Shown in pieces: positions 38,151 to 51,375 of a DNA stretch of 64,000 nucleotides. Source of the DNA: Antedon mediterranea. Taxonomy: Eukaryota; Animalia; Echinodermata. The position numbers were made by a program, and so were the translations under genes. Position 1 is the first letter of the stretch; each line of letters starts with the position of its first letter. Below the pieces are notes generated by a model. It was not told the DNA's origin and made no database searches. It saw nothing but the letters and a program-made list of their open reading frames with translations. The stretch covers positions 33,592,388 through 33,656,387 of the forward strand of contig NC_092670.1 of assembly GCF_964355755.1 (NCBI RefSeq), read 5' to 3'.

Positions 38151-40436
38151 GCGTATTCCCTTAACATTTTGAAACAATAATATTATGAGTGCATTACATT
38201 CGTTGAAATAATAATAATTGCTAATTTGGAGATCTGAAACAATCATTGTGTATTAGAGTCATGGTAGAAACAATTTCCATAAAAAAATCAAAGTTTTTTG
38301 ATCAAAATTGTATTTGTTAGTAGAAATCATATTGGCTCATGGGAGCTTTATTATGTTATGTTATTATACAGGTACAGGATTACCAAAAAGCATATGTCAT
38401 ACCTACATAATATTTGTGTAATTTCTGTTATAATAATTATGAAAATAATTTTAACAATTATGCCTATTATTGTTTTTAATTCAAAAATTGTATTTGTTAG
38501 TATTATATACTCAGAAAGCATACGGTGTGAGCTAACATTATTCATTTCAGTTTCAGTTTGTAAAACATTACTATAAGTACTCTCATATTGTATTATTATA
38601 TAGTACAATGATTTAAAGAATGTTGGTTTAGAATGTTACTGAAAACAAAGATGATTGTAATGATAAGTAGGCATAATCATTGAATAACATATACACTCTA
38701 CAGCACAATTACTAATTTTAAACATTGCATTAATTTTATTATTATTAACACAATATATTAAGGCCTAAAATTAATTTCATGTTAATTGTTCCATTGGTAA
38801 GAATAATAATAAATGCATTGCAAAACGAAATTTATGTTTTATCTCCATTATTACCGTGTGTATTCTGTTTTTTTTTTGATCAAGGCGGAAATTTAACAGA
38901 TCGTAACTTGGACGGAATACACGTTACACTCGTCACGATCTATTCAATTAAAGTCTTCTTCGGCAAACAAGATCAGATTGCTTTGGAAAGAGTCATTGAG
39001 TGGCTAGTTGGCAGTGGAACGACTGATAACACGGAAAATGGCTGACAATAATAAACCGCTGAAAATAATAGCATTATTATTATTAAATGATCTTATTAAT
39101 ATGTATATTGCAATCGAGAATCGTCCTAATATTTCTTGATCAATATGGCGGTAAATTAGCATGGGGTTTCAGACGAAACAAAAAAGGGGTTTTGCAATGC
39201 TCAATATTTTATCCGAGCCTAGACAACAACGGCTGTCCGCCCATTATCCTTCTTTTAGTCGAGCATGCAGTTTTGAAGTGTTAAAAAAACTGTAACTGTA
39301 ACTTTTATAGTATTTTATTTATTTCTTGATAATCCATAAGTATTTCTTTAAATTTGTTTGTTTCTTACTTCGTTCCATAATTGTTATTAACTTTGACAAA
39401 ATATTTGGATGAAAAAAAAAATTACCTGAAAAAACTGCAATTTAACGCAAAAAAATAGTAAATGGGCTTTTGCTTGAATTTAACTGTTTAATTAGCCTTT
39501 TATAAGTGAAAATATTTGTTTTAAATTATTTTCTATAGAAGTGATTATGTTTATTAACACTACAAAATGTTTTTTTTTTCATTTATCTTATTTTTTCTTG
39601 TTTATGGGGGACGTCCCATCTTTAAAGATCGAACACATACAGCATGGTACCATATTGCGATTCAGATAGCACTGACATTCTATGCGAATAAGCAAGAGAT
39701 AAACAAAAACATATTGTAAAAATAATTCATTTCCATTTTTAAATTTTGAAGATAAGATATGAAGCTAATAAATCATGCTCATGAGTATACATGTGACTTT
39801 CAAATAACCCTAATTTTAAATTTATGAAAAAGTCACTATTTTTTTTATCAATTACTTTCTGCCATGATTATTTTCTTACAATAAAGCAAATTAGTCATCT
39901 ATACACTTAATTAATGTGTGCTTTAAAATGATATAAAATATTTGTTTCTTTCATTTCATTTCATTTCAGTATTTTATTTCAGTATTTCTTCGGTCTATTT
40001 CCGTATATACATACAAAAAAATACTGAAATTGTGGAGACCAGGGTCAACCTAAGTGAACTTAATCACTGTAGTTGAGCCGGTTGACCCAACTCCAAAGTC
40101 AATCTACACACAAAAGGCACAAAATAAAGGTAAAGCGAATCAAAATAAATGTTAACTTTTCTAATGAAAGCTGGTGGGCTTTCTAGGACTGCAGCATATG
40201 TCAATGATCTGGAAAGCTGGTCTGTCAGAAGATTAAAAAATGTTATTTGACAATTCATCTCAATGTCAACTTTTGAACTTATTTTATCACACTCTTTCTG
40301 TATGTCTCCTTATCTTATCTTACCACCAGTCCCGAAATATGATAAGCTAAGTCCTTCCCCTCTGTTAAAAAACCATAAATACTCGAAATTATGAATATAA
40401 TTCACTTTTAGTTACGGTATTGATTGAAAAGTAAAA

Positions 40437-42738
40437 ATGGCACGCTCAACCTTGCTCGTGGTATGTCTCTGTCTGTCGTTTGTTCTTCTTACGTTTGGTA
40501 AGTTTTAAGCCTGTAGGCCTTATATTTTTTATAATGTTAACGTACGTAACCTAATCATAAATGGGTTCTGCCGTGGACACTCTAGTAACAAATCGCGTTA
40601 GGCACACAATATTTTTGAAAAAACTGTTGAAAAGGATTTTTATTAAGTTTTTTGATTTGCTATTGACCATCAGTGTTTGGAGATGGCACATGGTTCGTTC
40701 CTATCGATTAAAATTGCAACCCGTTTCTTTTCGATCTTTATCAACTTATTGAAGTTTTGCAATAGCATAATCATCGGTTGCCTAAATGTAATCAAAGTAA
40801 TCTAACAACAAGAGGCTGAGCTCCAAAAAATCAAAATATTACAAGTTCTTATATTGGCAAGACGAGCTCATCGTCCTGTTTTTAAATATTGTCTTGATAA
40901 TATAATGAAGCAGATTAGGACCGACGGTGCATGTTCAAACATGTTCAAATTAATTAATTAATTTGAAATGATAAGATGAGAAAATCTGTCCGAGATTCGA
41001 ATCCGGAACCTTCTGCTTGATATGCAGATGTCCTAACCATTAGACTATTGGAGCTTTCATGGTATTGTTCAAACCCAATTAAATAGCAACTCTTTATTTA
41101 AACTCTCGACGTGGTACGGCGGAAAAGCACTATTCCTTCAATTGTACGCACGTGCACAAGAGATCAAATTTATACGTCCTCATTTTTCAGTATTTGATTC
41201 ACAAAGCGGAGAAATACTTTTAAATAAACACAACAGGCAAATAACATTCATTTTAAACCGCCCGGTGATATGCTGAAATTTAATTAATTAATTTGAAATG
41301 ATAAGATAACAAATGGAAAAAAAGTGTCAATATTATTTAAACGAATTTTGTATTAAATATACTTACATTGTTAATGATAGAACACTATGCCATGTTAATA
41401 GGTTTACTTATTTTACTTGGTTCACTGATTATTTATGAAAAAAAATGTAAAGAAGTATACAATAAAGGAAAAAGACAATTACTTTAAATACAATAATAGT
41501 ACAATAGTTGTGAACACTTTTTACTAATGTGAATCGAACCTACGTAAGACAATAAAGAAATGGTATCTTTATTTAGATGCTACTTTTTATTTGCATCAAC
41601 TTTGTATAATTTGTATAATATTATTCACCTACATTGCAGCATCGAGGCGGATAAGCCGAAGTTCATCTGAAATTGCAGAGGATAGGGGTGAGTCAATAGA
41701 AAATAATCTTCTAAAAAATATATTATTCTCAAGAAAGTTATTTTTGGAAATTTTTTGACAAATTTAAATTTTTTGGACATATTTTTTTTATAACTTCTTG
41801 GAAAAAATAATTTAAATTATTTTAATGTTTCATTTCTAGAAAGGTTAGACTTACATAATTTGAAAATCGCGTAAATAAATCAAAACTTATCTATTAAAAA
41901 TAATGGCAAAGAAAACTTAATTAATTATATGTTGGGAAAACTGGAATTCAATGTAAATGTTCTTTTGTTGTTATATTGTATTGGACAAATTACTTTAAAT
42001 TAACTGAATGTTCCATTTCTGTTAGGCTTACATTATTTGAAAATCTTCTAATTCCTTGATTACGTCATTATTCTCAAAAGTTTTCCCAGGACACGAGATA
42101 AGCCTGTTCCACTGCTGCATAATATAACTCATCTTCATTTCTACATGTACATATCATAATATTTTTGTCTGTACATTAATTAAAAATAATATTCACCTAC
42201 ATTGCAGCACTGAGACCGATAAGCCGAAGCTAATCTGAAAGTGCAGAGGAAAGGGGTATGTCAATCAAAACTAATCTTCTATACAAAATATTATATATAT
42301 TCTTTGTTTTCCACTCTTATTCAGTCTCCACCCTGTCTCCCTTTGTTTTATTTCTTTCATTCCTGTCCACCCAGACAGCACTTGCCAGTTCTTATGCTAT
42401 GACATTATCCAAATTCCTTTACTTGCACTGATGAAGGTCTAGTGTTGCTCGAAAGCTCTGCTAACTTTTCAGGCTGTTTTACTTTATCGTTTTAATTTAG
42501 CTTTTCGCTTTTTATTAAAAAAAAAAATAAAAATTGTATTATACTAAAATGCTCATTTTAGTATAATACTGAGTCAGCAATATGACAAAACACAATTAAT
42601 AAATAGATAAAGTGCACACAATGATAAAAGTAACCCGACTATCTCCAGAAAATGTTAACGTTAATTTAAGTGCCTTCAATATTTATTTTATTGTTTCAAA
42701 TTTGGGCCCCCTATGTTGAGGTTTAGTTGTTGAAGACG

Positions 42739-42797
<59 letters not shown>

Positions 42798-44425
42798 TCG
42801 CTAAGAGAGCAATTTTTCATCTATACCAGGTACTACTATATATAGTGTGGGCCAAAGTATTTAATAAACTGAAGGTGTGATTATAGTTGGGGCGCCTAAT
42901 TGGGTAAAATTTAGACTACTATGAATAGGTCCAAGATGGTCTAATTGGATACAAGTGGGTTATATTGGGTCAGACAAAATTACATAATTTTATATAGTAC
43001 AGTATTTCACAATTAACATCATAATAAACAACATCTATTTATTATTGATTTTTATCTCTCACAGTAACTGTTGATGTATTTGTGGGTACGGCATGGGAAC
43101 AACCTGTAGGAGTTTGTACAGGGCCTGATTACCAGATTTTTGCTGGGGATTTCAATGGAGACGGTCGGCAAGAAGTGCTCTGCCATAATAGCAACACCGG
43201 CTCCAAAGAGATATATCTCACAAGGTAAAATTTTACTGACATTACTGACATTTTGAAATAACACAACAATATAATGTCAATAAAAATGAGCGTATCCGGA
43301 CAACTACCCCTTGAACAATTACCACCCTTAGGACAATTACCCACTAGGACAACTAACCTCTAGGACAACTACCCCCTTAGTACATCTACCACCCGGATAA
43401 TTACCCAAAAGAACAACTACCCCCTAGAACAACCACCCCCTTAGGACAACTACCACCAGGACAACTACCCCCTAGGACAACTACCCTCTATGATATCTAT
43501 ATAGCTAAGAAAATAGCTCCGTAATTTTCTAATGTTACGTATCATGAGTTAAAGCAATAATATATACAGTATTGAACACAAAAACGATACACATTTTTTA
43601 ACTGTTTTTATTTGAAGGCCCGATGGATCATTAGCGACTGAGAGTGTATGGAAAAAGGATATGGGATGGTGCAACCACGAGGGGGCTCAACTTTTTGTAG
43701 GTGATTTCAACGGTGACGGTCGATCAGATATTTTGTGTCATGACACTAAAACCGGTAAAAAATGGGTATCTTTAGCTCAACCTGGAGGTGTATTCTTGGG
43801 TACGACTTGGCAAAAAGATATGAATTGGTGTAAAGAAGATACTGCTGAGCTCTTTGTCGCTGACATCAACGCAGATGGCCGATATGATATGCTGTGTCAC
43901 CGAGCCAAAGACGGCTACAAATGGGTATCGTATGCAAAACAAGACGGCACCTTTCCGGGAACCAGTTGGGAAAAAGGAATGGGTTGGTGTATAAGCAACG
44001 ACTACCAGCTTTTCGTCGCAGATTTTAACGGAGACCGTAGAGCTGATCTTCTCTGCCATGGAAAAAGTGACGGGAAAAAGTGGGTGGCAGCAGCAACTCC
44101 GAGCGGAACATTTGTTGGGACAACATGGAAAGCAGATATGGGATGGTGCAACCACAACGCCGCTGAAATTTTGATTGGTGATTTCAATAAAGATAAACGT
44201 TCTGACATGATGTGCAGCGATACCACTGGTCGAAAATGGATAGCCTACTCTGAAAAAGACGGTTCATTTACTTCAACAAGTTGGCAGAAAGAAATGGGCT
44301 GGTGTACGTCTGATAATAAGTTAATAATTGCTGACGTGAATGGAGATGGTGGGGATGACATGATATGTCATTACCCATCAAACGGCAATAAGTATATTGC
44401 TTTTAATCAATTACCAACGCCATAG
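40437..44425 (+). CDS. FG-GAP subtype B copy B2 (intact only if mini-exon 3 is skipped)
   Basis: Exons 40437-40497, 41640-41687, 42208-42255 (in-frame TAA 42231-42233), 43065-43224, 43618-44425; last exon open and differs from B1 at 8 of 254 ORF residues. Confidence 0.75.
42423..42464 (+). ncRNA. Penelope-type minimal hammerhead ribozyme motif (B2 intron 3)
   Basis: TTGCA-CTGATGA-A-GGTC-TAGTGTT-GCTC-GAA-AGCT-C-TGCTAA; stem I TGCA-side pairing retained, stem II mutated. Confidence 0.55.
42739..42799. repeat. (CT)n microsatellite
   Basis: CT run absent from the B1 paralog (about 23900). Confidence 0.9.
43618..44425 (+). CDS. B2 terminal exon: five FG-GAP-like repeats
   Basis: ORF 43661-44425 extended to acceptor AG 43616-43617. 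Confidence 0.9.
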
Positions 44426-45220
44426 ATTTTCAATTGTTAGAAAATACTACAGTAGGTTCTTCATGATATTCAACAATATATTTAGCATATTGTATACCAG
44501 CGATTTGGAAATAAACAAATAGTTGGTTTTCGCACATAATTATTATTGTGTTTTGGTTGTGTTTTTGTGTATTACATTTTTGTAGGAAGCAAACACACAT
44601 TAATAAACCAGAAAACTATACAACTCAACTGATATGTTTAATTCGGCGATAATAATTAACATTAAATAGCTGAATTTATCAATATTGGTTATTTTCAAGT
44701 ATTTCTTCTATTACACCCGATTCTCGGTACATTTGCACATACTATTATAGTTTCAATTACAGCTGCCCATGACGATTCAGTGAAATTATCCTGTTGCGAA
44801 ATGTCATTACGTGCTACAGTAAATTAGATAGGTTCATCGCTTTGATTTTATAAGATTATCTAACCTAACATAAATCTGCTACTAAATTATACTAAATATA
44901 CTAAATATCTCATTTTAGTACTATTTACATTATGTTCAATTTATCGGTTATTATCCGATTATTACATAATTTTCTCTAATTACCTAATAGGGGTTAGAGT
45001 ACAAAGTTTTATAAAATCACGTTAACATTGATATACCCTCAAATTTACTTTATTCATTTTGAAAATAATACCCAAGCTAAATCTTTTCTTATTTATTATT
45101 TCCAATCAATATACAGTTTCTTCGATGAACATTTTAATGAGGCCTTGTAATATACTTCTCATAAATCAATAAATTTGACTGCGTGCGAAATCCCTTAAGG
45201 TCATTGACATATTCCCTGGT

Positions 45221-46145
45221 CTAGGACAACTACCCTCCGGATAACTACCCCAGACAACTACCACGCGGACAAATACCCGCCGGATAACTACCCCCAGACA
45301 ACTACAACACGGACAACTACCCTCCGGATAACTACCCCAGACAACTACCACACGGACAATTACCTTCAGGATAACTACCCTAGCCAACTACCACACGGAC
45401 AACTACCCTCTGGACAATCATCCTTCTAGGACAACTACCCCCGGACAAGTAACCTCTTAGGACAACTACCACACGGACAACTACCCTCTGGATAACTACC
45501 TCCAGACAACTACCACACGGACAACTACCCTCTTAGGACAACTACCACACGGACAACTACCCTCTGGATAACTACCCCCAGACAACTACCAAGCGGACAA
45601 CTACCCTCCGGACAACAATCACCCTCTAGGACAACTACCCACGGACACTGCCCTCTTAGGACAACTAATACACAACCCCACCCCCACTCACCTAGGACAA
45701 TTACACCCTATGACAATTACCACACTATCAAAGGCTACCATTACAATAGTAGTTTTCACAAACTGATATATATTACATTATACAAAATATTAACATAATT
45801 ATGTCGTTATCAATTTAAGCCCAATTCTAGCAATCAATATAATAACACAAGAAAATAGAAAATACGTTTTATTCTGAAAGAAAACTCTGGTACGTAGCAG
45901 ATAAACAGACTACATACTTGGAATAATTAACAAAAAAATAAACAAGACATAATGGTCAGATTTAAGCAAAATGTAGATTTTTCATTTTGATTTTCGAATT
46001 GTCAAATTACAATAGACAACTACCACACGGACAACTACCCTCCGGATAACTACCCAAGACAAGTACCACACGGACAACTACCCTCTGGACAATAACCCTT
46101 CTAGGACAACTACCCACGGACAACTACTTCTTAGGACAACTAATA
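45221..46145 (+). repeat. GGACAACTACC minisatellite arrays
   Basis: Degenerate 14-18-bp units, paralogous to 26749-28730. Confidence 0.85.
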
Positions 46146-46503
46146 CACTGCTACAGTGATTTTTCGAGTCTTTATGGCCTAGTAAACATATGTGCAAAGT
46201 TTGAAAACGATTCTGACAATAAGACCATTAAGACGGCCCCAGCTAGGTTCGCGTGCAAGGCTCCCCGTCGGGCACCTCGGTCCCTCTTCCGTTACTTATT
46301 ATTACAAAAAGCATTTTTAAATAAAAATGAGTAATAGCAATAATAGAAAAAAAATATATTAAATATATTCTTTATACTCGAGCTGTGGACCAATTTTGTA
46401 ATCGTAATATTGTCTTCAAAATTGAAAATATGTAAAACAATACACCTTTTTAATGTGTATGTATATTTTACTCTCGGACTAATTCATTTGAGGTTAATAC
46501 AAC

Positions 46504-46524
46504 CAGGGAAGAAACTCTTCCCTG
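46504..46524. mobile_element. 21-bp minimal TIR-transposon remnant with 7-bp TSD
   Basis: CAGGGAAGA-AAC-TCTTCCCTG flanked by ATACAAC twice; single ATACAAC at paralogous sites 30821 and ~49286. Confidence 0.7.
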
Positions 46525-48569
46525 ATACAACACACTTCTGTTAAGTGCACCGTTGTGACCCTATCCCGGACCCTATCAAACATTGTTTTATTTCCGAAAC
46601 TGAAAATCAAGGTAAGTTTGTTTTTCTTTTTACTAGACTAATTGTTTTAATCAGGTTTAATTACCGAAACAATTTCGACCAAGCATTAAATTAAAAGTGA
46701 AATTGTTGTCGTAGATAAACAGGCTGGGATAATGTTAATAGTGACTTTTTGAAATTTTAATTTTGTATGTAATTTGACAATATTCGAAAACAGTTCAATC
46801 GTTAAAATGTGTTTCTACATTTTGCTTAAATCTGACCATTATGTCCTTTTGATTATTGTTTTATTAATTCCAAGTATGTAGTCTGTTTGTCTACTCCGTT
46901 GTGTACCAGGGTTTTTTTTTCAGAATAAAACGTTTTTTTCTACCTTCTTGTAGTATTATATCGACTGTTAGAATTCTTTCATGAATATAGGTTTCTACCC
47001 CAAGTGACTGAGGCTAAATAAGGTATTTTTAATAGGTTTAGGAAAAAATGCAAAATACATTTTTATGACTATAACTTTCTGCAATTTTTAGTTTTATTGT
47101 TATATGAAATGTTTTGGCCTTCCGAAAAATTGCATTTTTTGTTTGTTTTGGTTTTTAACCTAGGTCAAAAGGTCAAATGCTCAAAAAGTGCAATTCAGTG
47201 ACCAAAAGGTCAACCCGAACGTATACCGGCCTCGTGTCCTGGGGCTGTAAATTACCCCGTATGGGATACGGGCCACGTCTTCAAAGGGTTAATATACACT
47301 GTTAGGAAATAAATTGTTTATTCAAATTTATACAAATTTAATATAAGGTTGCCTTTCCTCGGATAGGAGTTGACAAAACTTTTTTGACATTACCAGTAAA
47401 ATAGGTCGTAGTGATCTTAATTCCACTGAATCACTGAATCAAATGTGTGCCAATTTGCGCGCTGGTTGTAGAAAGTTGACTGGACACCATAGTAATAGTA
47501 GTAGTAGTTTTGTAAAGCTGCATAATGTGTATAAATCAAAATGTAGATTACTGGAAAAATGTCAATACTGTGTGTATTAATTCTTTCATGAATATAGGTT
47601 TCTACCCCAAGTGACTGAGGCTAAATAAGGTATTTTTAATACTTTTTTAATATTTAATAATTTTAATATTTTTAATATTTTTAATATTTTAATATTTTTA
47701 ATATTTTTAAGCCTGGATATCAAGTGAGATACACAATAATTTAATATAATATCAAGAAGATAAAACAGTCTGAAATCGTTCTGTTGTATTGCATATGAGA
47801 TGAGTGATAATGTATGTATACAAAATGGTAGAAAAATATATAGAAAAGAAAGAAAGTAGAAAATATGTATAAGCAGGGAAGATTTTACATTTAACTCTTC
47901 CTTATTCTTCTCTTCTATATTATGATTATAACAAAAGGAACTAACATGTCTGTTAACACTACAAACACTACATGGGGTGTAAAAGTTTTCGGTAATTTCC
48001 CTACAAAATCCATCATCGTGAATAGGTTAAATGTTAAGTAAAAGGAAGTAAATACTGTTGTTATTATAAAAGAATGTCTGCATATATTGAAAATAAATAT
48101 TTGTCTATAAACAGTACTTATAAAGAAAATAAAGACCAACATATTCTGGCAGTGTATTTTCTTTCACAAAAAGATTTAAAAGATAACATTTAAAATGTCT
48201 TATTTGTTATTGTCAACCTATTATCCACACGCCAGTAAATTAAACCACACTATTATACATGGAATAGAATGTTATTACAGTAAAGTCGATTAGTTAGATA
48301 TTAGTCTACACAACATACTACATTTTTCACTGCCATAAAGCTTCAATTCTTACTGGTCTATACAGTTTATTCGTATTTGTTAGTTTTATACTTTGCTCAA
48401 ACTGCCATGGTTAATTGAAATACACGTAGCATGCAGAACAGTGACTTACGGGTACAGCTGCATTAAAACGTGTACAGTATTTGTATTTCAGTGATTATTA
48501 AAAAATCTACCAAACACAGTAAGACATTTACGAATAAGTCAAATAACGATCGCAAAAGCTAGCTCTTAA

Positions 48570-48895
48570 AGATGTATTGTCCCCCTGAAAAAATAATTCT
48601 TAACAAATTTTGTTTTGAATATGCCATTTTAATGTAACATTATCCACTTTGACCAACAATTGGATCGAAAAATGTATTTACCTGCAAAAACTGTAATTTA
48701 AAGCAAAAAATTGCCAAATTGGCTGCCAGCCATTGGTTTTTTGTTGTTGAATTTAACAATTTATTTAATCAATGGATAAGTGAAAACATATTTTTTTTCT
48801 ATGGAAGTGATTAACTTAAAACTACAAAATAACATATTCAAAGTCTGATTTAATTAATCTTAATTTTTTCATGATTTTGGAGGACAAAAACATCT
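48570..48895. mobile_element. Kolobok-like MITE (duplicate copy)
   Basis: TTAA-flanked, same TIRs as 30005-30330. Confidence 0.7.
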
Positions 48896-51375
48896 TTAAC
48901 TTATTTCGAAAAAGAACCCAATTAAGCCTTTAATTGTATACATATAGGACATAATCATCTAACAGTGGCATATGTTTGTGAAATCCGGAATAAATTAAGT
49001 TAAATTGAATTGTTATGCATCGGCGAAAAAATCCCTGCAAACACTAAATTTAGGCTAAAGCAGTTAAAGAACTATTTCTTATATCAACATATAAATTGTA
49101 GTAAATCCCCAGAAGAAATTATTTGTATTGAACTTGTGTTTCCGTTACCATTACGATTCGTTATACTCGAGCTGTGGACCAATTTTGTAATCGTAATATT
49201 GTCTTCAAAATTGAAAATATGTAAAACAATACACCTTTTTAATGTGTATGTATATTTTACTCTCGGACTAATTCATTTGAGGTTAATACAACAAAGTGCA
49301 CCGTTGTTACCCTATCAAACATTGTTTTATTTCCGAATCTGAAAATCAAGGTAAGTTTGTTTTTCTTTTTACTAGACTAATTGTTTTAATCAGGTTTAAT
49401 TACCGAAACAATTTCGACCAATCAATAAATTAAAGGTGAAATTGTTGTCGTAGATAAACAGGCTGGGATAATTTTAATAGTGACTTTTTGAAATTTTAAT
49501 TTTGTATGTAATTTGACAATATTCGAAAACAGTTCAATCGTTAAAATGTGTTTCTACATTTTGCTTAAATCTGACCATTATGTCTTTTTGATTATTTTTT
49601 AGTTAATTATTCCAACTTTTTAGTCTGTTTGTCTGCTCCGTTGTGTACCAGGGTTTTGTTTAGGAATAAAACGTTTTTTTCTACCTTCTTGTAGTATTAT
49701 ATCGACTGTTAGAATTCTTTTATGAATATAGGGTTCTACCCCAAGTGACTGATGCTAAATAAGGTATTTTTAATAGGTTTAGGAAAAAATGCAAAATACA
49801 TTTTTATGACTATAACTTTCTGCAATTTTTAGTTTTATTGTTAAATGAAATGTTTTGGCCTTCCGAAAAATTGAATTTTTTTTGTTTTGGTTTTTAATCT
49901 AGGTCAAAAGGTCAAATGCTCAAAAAGTGCAATTCAGTGACCAAAAGTTCAACCTGAACGTATACCGGCCTCGTGTCCTGGGGCAGTAAATTACCCCGTA
50001 TGGGATACGGGCCACGTCGTCAAAGGGTTAATATACACTGTTAGGAGATAAATTGTTTATGCAAATTTATAAAAATGTAATATAAGGTTGCCTTTCCTCG
50101 GATAGGAGTTGACAACAGTTGTTTGACATTACCAGTAAAATAGTTATTAAGGCTCTAATAGGTCGTAGTGATCTTAATTCCACTGAATCACTGAATCAAA
50201 TGTGTGCCAATTTGCGCGCTGGTTGTAGAAAGTTGTCTGGACACCATAGTAATAATTTCTAGAACCTTCTGCCAAGAAACTTAAGGGAATCATTTTTTCT
50301 GAAAGCCAAAACATTTCAAAAATTATTTGCGCAGGCGAGACAAAATGGCTAATCTCATGACCGTAACCACGATAGTTTGAGCTGTATAATAAATGAATAA
50401 ATAGAATATTTTGTAAAAAAATAACTAATATAAAATAGAAAATTTTATTTTCAAATAAATAATGTAATAAAGAAAGATATGTAGACTTAAGTGTAAGAGG
50501 TCAAATTCCTGGCAAGCAAATCAATATTCTCAAACGTTTCTTACCACTGTGGGTCCGATGTAATAATAAATACTCTCTCGCTCACCCACCTAACATTCTA
50601 CATCTTTTCGTCTTTTCAAATTGAACTAAATTATACTAAGTATTAATATACTGTTTGTAGAATTGATTCCAAGCAGGATACAAATTTTACTTTAGGCCTA
50701 CATAGTTTACTATTTTAACCCATCGGACACAGAACTGGCACAATGTAATTATATGCTGAGCCAGAGGTACGGTTGGTTACGAAACCTAATATCACGAAAA
50801 CTAAGACCTAATGTAAGGCCTATGTACGATAGTTAAAAGTAATTATAATCCTAATACAAGATGTTTTATAACTAATGATTTTAAAATATTTATGCTATAC
50901 TACTTACCGAAAACTAAACGATTCGGCCCTGAGACGATTCGGCCCACTTATATTTATCAGTTGATATGCATTTCATAAGGATAAATAAGTATTTTTTTAA
51001 ACTTTCTTTCCATAGAGACTATGGGGTGGTACTACTAAGGGTAATGATGCAATAGCATATTTTTTATTTTATAGGGCCTAAACCATTGCCGAAAATGGTC
51101 AGCATACACTTGTCAATTATCATTTTGAATTGTTCGATGTAGATAGTAGACAGACAATTCCTATTGGAAATTAAGAAAATCGGTTTATTAATAACTTCAC
51201 AAAATAACAAAAGATATTATTTTCAGACCTGCTAAGTGTTAAAAGATAGGAGACAATTTTCAATAGCTTTAGTTAATACTTAGTTAAGTTGCCATTATGT
51301 ACACTTTTAAATAATACGGTTTTTAATTATATTACTCTATATTGATAATTATTTTGTGAATTTTGTTTTTTTAAG

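Larger units (their letters stand above)
35474..51157 (+). repeat. Segmental (tandem) duplication, copy 2 with internal rearrangement
   Basis: Paralogous to 15140-33275; contains an extra ~1.1-kb copy (about 46372-47495) of the segment also at 30703-32133 and 49161-50250. Confidence 0.9.

Noticed and set aside
17372-44425. Integrin alpha subunit
   Set aside because: Six repeats end in a stop codon; no thigh/calf domains, TM helix or GFFKR motif.
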